A DNA stretch of 64,000 nucleotides from an uncultured virus (IMG/VR IMGVR_UViG_3300021429_004282). Taxonomy: Duplodnaviria; Heunggongvirae; Uroviricota; Caudoviricetes. The stretch is from the IMG/VR virus record IMGVR_UViG_3300021429_004282. One strand, written 5' to 3'. The translations under genes and the position numbers were made by a program. This document shows positions 59,847 to 64,000 of this stretch, piece by piece; the stretch's first letter is position 1; each line of letters opens with the position of its first letter. The notes under the pieces were generated by a model. The model searched no databases and was not told the DNA's origin. It saw only the letters and a program-made list of their open reading frames with translations.

Positions 59847-60266
59847 CTAATTGCTTTCGGAAGCAACCTTTTCAATCATGACCTTTGGAGGGCCAAAGGT
59901 CATATTAACAAGTCTTCCCTTGCTATTACGATAAAATGTCAGTCTGCGTATGTTTTTTGTTAAAACTAAAACCCCTTTTTCAAAATTCAAGTTCATAGTA
60001 CATACTACATCATACATTTCAGTTTTGTCTTCATTTATTTCCCGACTGATTTCTAAGCCATTTTCAGTATTAAACAAGTCGCACCCGGACAGAATAAATC
60101 CAACTGTGTCTTTTTTTATCTCTAGTTTACCATCTTCAGAATAAAAAAGCGTTTTAGATCCCTGTAAACCTAGGTTTTCAGACAACTCTTTGTAATTTGG
60201 AGCTATAAATATATAAAATTTTCTTAATATTTTTTTAATTGTTTGGTATAGCATAACCGAGCCCAT
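59847..60266 (-). CDS. Hypothetical protein
   Basis: 139 aa; start may be 60254. Confidence 0.6.
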   Translation of the reverse strand: MGSVMLYQTIKKILRKFYIFIAPNYKELSENLGLQGSKTLFYSEDGKLEIKKDTVGFILSGCDLFNTENGLEISREINEDKTEMYDVVCTMNLNFEKGVLVLTKNIRRLTFYRNSKGRLVNMTFGPPKVMIEKVASESN

Positions 60267-60519
60267 CTTGTTTGGGGTTTTTATTTGTAAGATCCATTTG
60301 ATACTTTAAATTATCTAACACTACAGAATTTTCTCCTTCAGAATATTCTTTCAAGAAATCTAAACTTTCTTCAGGATATTTTGTAAATACTTGTCTAAAT
60401 ATCTCTAGAGCCACATCACTAAAGTTTTTTATCTTGTTAGGTGGCATTTCTGAATACTTGGCCATCTCTTTGGCTCCTTCTTCATCCATTTCCTGTAGAT
60501 AGTTGACAAAACTTTTCAT
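60235..60519 (-). CDS. Protein with capsid-targeting-like leader (MKSFVNYLQE)
   Basis: GGAG SD before ATG 60519. Confidence 0.7.
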   Translation of the reverse strand: MKSFVNYLQEMDEEGAKEMAKYSEMPPNKIKNFSDVALEIFRQVFTKYPEESLDFLKEYSEGENSVVLDNLKYQMDLTNKNPKQDGLGYAIPNN

Positions 60520-60654
60520 ATTACTCCAATAAATTAGACCTTGTTGCATAGATAAATCTGTTATCGATACTTTAGGGTTATCTAGTACGAAAACAAGAAA
60601 CTCTATTGCTATATAAACTTGCAAGTTAAATATAGTTCTATTTGGGAGACTAGT

Positions 60655-62418
60655 ATGAAGAAAAAACTTATCAGTTTCGATGCTTTTAAGCAGATCGAAA
60701 ATAATTCTGTGACCATGGCCGAAAAAGAATTTCTTGAAGCTGCTGAAATGCTAGCCAAAACACTTGGCAAGGAGAGGCTAGATCTCCACTGCATCAATGA
60801 GTCAAGTGTAACATTTATTAATCAGGACGGCAACCTAGTACAAGCCGCCTATTCAATCGAAGGAGATATCATTCTCCTAGAAAATATCACCGAACTAGTG
60901 CTAGACGAATCAACCGTCAAGAACAATGCCAAAAGCGTTCTCGAAGCCATGGTTGACAATATTCTAGACGACAAAAACGAAGAAGCCGCAGTAAATTTCT
61001 CCGAGTATTTCTCAATCCCCATGCTTCGTGCAGGACTCCGTGAAGGAGTTGTTAACGAAGGCAAAAAGCCAAAGAAGGGTGTTATTCCTCCACAATTGGC
61101 CAAATTCATCAAGAAGAAGAAAGGCCATGAGGCAGAAGAAGAATCAGGCGAGAAGGATGATAAATTCGCAAAACTAAGCAAGAAAAATGGCAAGGGCAAG
61201 AAAGTTGCTGAGTGCATGTCCAAGCCAAAAGTAGAGTCTCTTAATATCCTTGCAAACAATATTTTAGAATTTATTGATTTCAAGGAAAATGGAAATCTAT
61301 ACCAGAACATTCGCACACAAAAAGACAAGGCTGGAGATGTTGTTTCGATTGCTCTTCCAACCTCCAAGCTACGCAACGAAGGCAAAGTAATGAAGATGCA
61401 CCACAAGAAAGGCCACGGCAAAGTTGCCGAAGGTCGTGGTTGCGCCAAGGAAATGAAGAGCGAAGCCAACTGGGTTCGTGCAGTCAATGACCTCAAGCGT
61501 TTCAACGCCATGAGCGATCATGCAAGCCTTCAGACCGCCTTTGAAAATGTTGCAAGCGCTTGGCCAAATCTTCTCTATCTAACACCAGATGAACTAGCTG
61601 CAACCATCAACGAAACCCTAGAAAACTCCGGGGCTTCAAACTATGACAGCAATACTTGCGTCTTCCTAGCCGAAGGCATCCTTCGCACTGCCCACAAGGC
61701 ATTTGCAGAGCATGTCGGTCGTGTTTTCGAAATGGCCGGACAGACCCCCTCCGATGATTTCAACGAATTCGTTCAGATCAGCGAGAAGGTTCTTCCTATG
61801 GTTGATGCCGAGGAAAACAACACCACACAAGTATTCGCAGATCTCTATCGTGGACTATACGAAGTTTATAAGTCCGCTGAAAAGATTGGTGACGCTGCTG
61901 TCAAGGCCGAAACAGGCGCTCTGATCTACAGCATTGCTGATGTTCTAAACAAAAAGCAACCAACCGATCTTGATCTAGCAACAGAAGCTGCAAACTACCT
62001 GAAGATGATTGCAGAAACTGTCAGCATGACTGGCTCAGACTGGAAGGTTCCTGCTCCACATGAGTCCCTAAATGGTGATAATCCCGCCATTCACGGCTAC
62101 GCTTCCGTTGACGGATCTCCTAGCGCTAACGCTGGCAGGTTCAAATCTAGCCCAGTAAGCGATGGTAAAACTGTCAAGGTTGATATCCAAGACGACTATA
62201 CCAAAATGAAAGGCAAGGACCTCTATCCAGACATGAACAATCCATATGCCCCAAAACCCGGCGACTTCAAAATCCACGGGGAGAAAAGCGTTGAATCTGA
62301 TAAGGATTTCGGCTCATATCAGGATTCCGACACACTACCAAACATAAAGAATCCCTATCTGCCAGATCACGGAATGACAATGCAAGACACCTTGCAGCAC
62401 CTAATGGGAAGCAAGTAA
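60655..62418 (+). CDS. Putative prohead core/internal head protein
   Basis: GGGAG SD; between portal and protease; many (I/L/V)-x-E sites; strong codon bias. Confidence 0.7.
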   Translation: MKKKLISFDAFKQIENNSVTMAEKEFLEAAEMLAKTLGKERLDLHCINESSVTFINQDGNLVQAAYSIEGDIILLENITELVLDESTVKNNAKSVLEAMVDNILDDKNEEAAVNFSEYFSIPMLRAGLREGVVNEGKKPKKGVIPPQLAKFIKKKKGHEAEEESGEKDDKFAKLSKKNGKGKKVAECMSKPKVESLNILANNILEFIDFKENGNLYQNIRTQKDKAGDVVSIALPTSKLRNEGKVMKMHHKKGHGKVAEGRGCAKEMKSEANWVRAVNDLKRFNAMSDHASLQTAFENVASAWPNLLYLTPDELAATINETLENSGASNYDSNTCVFLAEGILRTAHKAFAEHVGRVFEMAGQTPSDDFNEFVQISEKVLPMVDAEENNTTQVFADLYRGLYEVYKSAEKIGDAAVKAETGALIYSIADVLNKKQPTDLDLATEAANYLKMIAETVSMTGSDWKVPAPHESLNGDNPAIHGYASVDGSPSANAGRFKSSPVSDGKTVKVDIQDDYTKMKGKDLYPDMNNPYAPKPGDFKIHGEKSVESDKDFGSYQDSDTLPNIKNPYLPDHGMTMQDTLQHLMGSK

Positions 62419-62441
62419 CACACTCAAGCAAAGGATAAAAC

Positions 62442-63113
62442 ATGTCCAACATGCTCTTAATAGACTGCTGTCTAAACAGTGAACTACACCTGAACTTGAA
62501 TGAATCCTCCGAAAAAGGAACCACAAAGTTCAGGGGTAAGTTCCAAGAGGCCAATAAAGAAAATAAAAACCACAGAAGCTACAGTTTTGAAGCTTTGAAC
62601 TCGAATGTGCAGAAATTGGATGAATGTATCAAAGCTAGAGGTCTCGTCGGTGAACTCGACCACCCAGAAGACTCCATCGTTCACTTTGAGAAGGCAAGCC
62701 ATGTCATCACCAAACTCTGGTGGGAAGGCAATGTCCTAATGGGAGAAGGAGAAATTCTTAATACCCCACACGGAAAAATTCTCAAAGCCCTAATCAATGA
62801 TGGTGTCCGGGTTGGCGTTTCATCAAGAGGCGTTGGCAATGGTAAAGTGAATGAAAACGGCGTTCTAGTAATTGACGAATCTTATAAGTTAATTACCTTC
62901 GATGTCGTTGCCGACCCTTCCACACACGCTGCTTTTCAGCGTAAAGTTGTCGGCACTAGGGAAAGTCAGGAGCACTTTTCCAAAGAAATTTACAAATCCC
63001 AGACAAAAAATGAGCCCTCCTGCATACATAAAATATCAAAAGAGGCAGTAATTGCTTGCTTGGGTACTATTGTAAAAGAACAAACTGGCAACATTATTAC
63101 GAGGTTAGGCTAA
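62442..63113 (+). CDS. Prohead protease (T4 gp21-like)
   Basis: NKNHRSY, GELDHP, SHVI, TPHG, VGVSSRG, TFDVVADPS. Confidence 0.95.
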   Translation: MSNMLLIDCCLNSELHLNLNESSEKGTTKFRGKFQEANKENKNHRSYSFEALNSNVQKLDECIKARGLVGELDHPEDSIVHFEKASHVITKLWWEGNVLMGEGEILNTPHGKILKALINDGVRVGVSSRGVGNGKVNENGVLVIDESYKLITFDVVADPSTHAAFQRKVVGTRESQEHFSKEIYKSQTKNEPSCIHKISKEAVIACLGTIVKEQTGNIITRLG

Positions 63114-64000
63114 TGGAAAATAAAATTGCTTCCGCTCTGAAAAAGATTCTTCCTGAAGATCAAATCAACGAAGTGACTTCAGCTGTAAACGAAATGCTCG
63201 TTACCGCTAAGGAAGAAATGGAAAAAGAATACAACAAGAACCTAGAAGAGGCTTACAGCCAACTATCCGGTGAACTAGCCACAGCTGAAAAAACCGCTTA
63301 CGAAGGCTATCAGGAAGCTTTTGAGATCATCGCTGATCTAAGGGGCCGCCTAGATGTCCAGAAGAACGAGTTCGAATCTCAGCTAGAAGAAGGATACGAA
63401 GAAGCCTACCAGATGCTACTTGCCGAAAGAAACAGCAAGTCTCAGGTAGAAGTAGACCTCTACGAAGAGTATGACCAAAAACTAGCCGAAATGAAGGCTT
63501 ATATCGTTGAAAAGGTTGACCAGTTCCTACAAGCTAAAGGCGCTGAAATCTACGAACAAGCCAAGCGTGATCTAGTTAACGATCCCCGCATCCTAGAACA
63601 CAAGGTTGCACTAGACAAAATCGTAAACATCACATCCGACTATCTCTCCGATGAAGAGAAAACCTTCGCTACTTCAACTAAACTAGAAATGGTTACCAAA
63701 TCCATTGAGGAGCTCCGTGGACAGCTTCGCATTATGGAAGCTCGCAACATCCGACTCAGCACCGACAATACCCGTCTAACCGAGTCCGTTCGCAAAACCG
63801 CCGTAATAAACGAAGCTAGACTGCCACAAGCAGCCAACAAGGTCAAAACCACCAAGGTTTTTTCCGAACAGAATGAAAGAACCCTGAAAGTAAAGAACGC
63901 AAGCGGGAGAGGACATGTAGACACCGAAAATGTCAAAGTTATCGCTGAATTCAACGATAATTCCAACGGTGCAGTAAACGATTTGCTCGTTCTTTCAGGT
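63113..64000 (+). CDS. Prohead scaffold/core protein (gp22-like), 3'-truncated
   Basis: MENKIASALKKILPEDQINE...; Glu-rich coiled coil, VEKVDQFL; follows gp21; runs off the window. Confidence 0.8.
   Translation, partial: MENKIASALKKILPEDQINEVTSAVNEMLVTAKEEMEKEYNKNLEEAYSQLSGELATAEKTAYEGYQEAFEIIADLRGRLDVQKNEFESQLEEGYEEAYQMLLAERNSKSQVEVDLYEEYDQKLAEMKAYIVEKVDQFLQAKGAEIYEQAKRDLVNDPRILEHKVALDKIVNITSDYLSDEEKTFATSTKLEMVTKSIEELRGQLRIMEARNIRLSTDNTRLTESVRKTAVINEARLPQAANKVKTTKVFSEQNERTLKVKNASGRGHVDTENVKVIAEFNDNSNGAVNDLLVLSG

Noticed and set aside
60849..61511. 220-aa antisense ORF (also 9416-9910, 16340-16939, 58758-59297)
   Set aside because: Fully antisense to well-supported genes with no recognisable motifs
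1..64000. Stop-codon recoding
   Set aside because: Conserved genes are full length in code 11, and TAA, TAG and TGA all end genes at sensible junctions
1..64000. tRNA/rRNA/structured ncRNA genes
   Set aside because: Intergenic gaps are short and AT-rich; no cloverleaf or T-loop pattern recognised by eye (no covariance search run)

Overview
AT-rich, densely coding segment of a large T4-superfamily myovirus (jumbo-type phage) read with the standard genetic code. It holds most of the virion morphogenesis region. The tail side runs from a gp2-like DNA end protector and tape measure through the baseplate (tube initiator, gp53-LysM, hub, gp5/VgrG, gp25, gp6/J, gp7/I) to a block of four paralogous PKD-domain fibre/adhesin genes with kelch-like, RCC1-like and Ser/Thr-Pro stalk modules. 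The head side has the terminase large subunit, a portal interrupted by two inteins, a gp21-type prohead protease and the start of a gp22-like scaffold. Accessory genes include AdoMetDC (speD), a methyltransferase, ClpP, a degenerate CCA/poly(A)-polymerase-family nucleotidyltransferase, glycosyltransferase-like genes, an actin-like ATPase, primase, a Cas4-like nuclease, a HExxH metallopeptidase and a ferritin-like protein. Five patterns stand out: (1) at least seven scattered ORFs begin with a T4 capsid-targeting-sequence-like leader; (2) a WVFQQxPGxTPIPP(SP)n module recurs in unrelated genes 24 kb apart, and Ser/Thr-Pro stalks co-occur with glycosyltransferases, suggesting virion glycosylation; (3) late-promoter-like NTANATA boxes sit only 4-6 nt before start codons, suggesting leaderless late mRNAs; (4) a three-gene actin cassette; (5) the double-intein portal. 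All family calls come from motif recognition by eye; no database searches were run.
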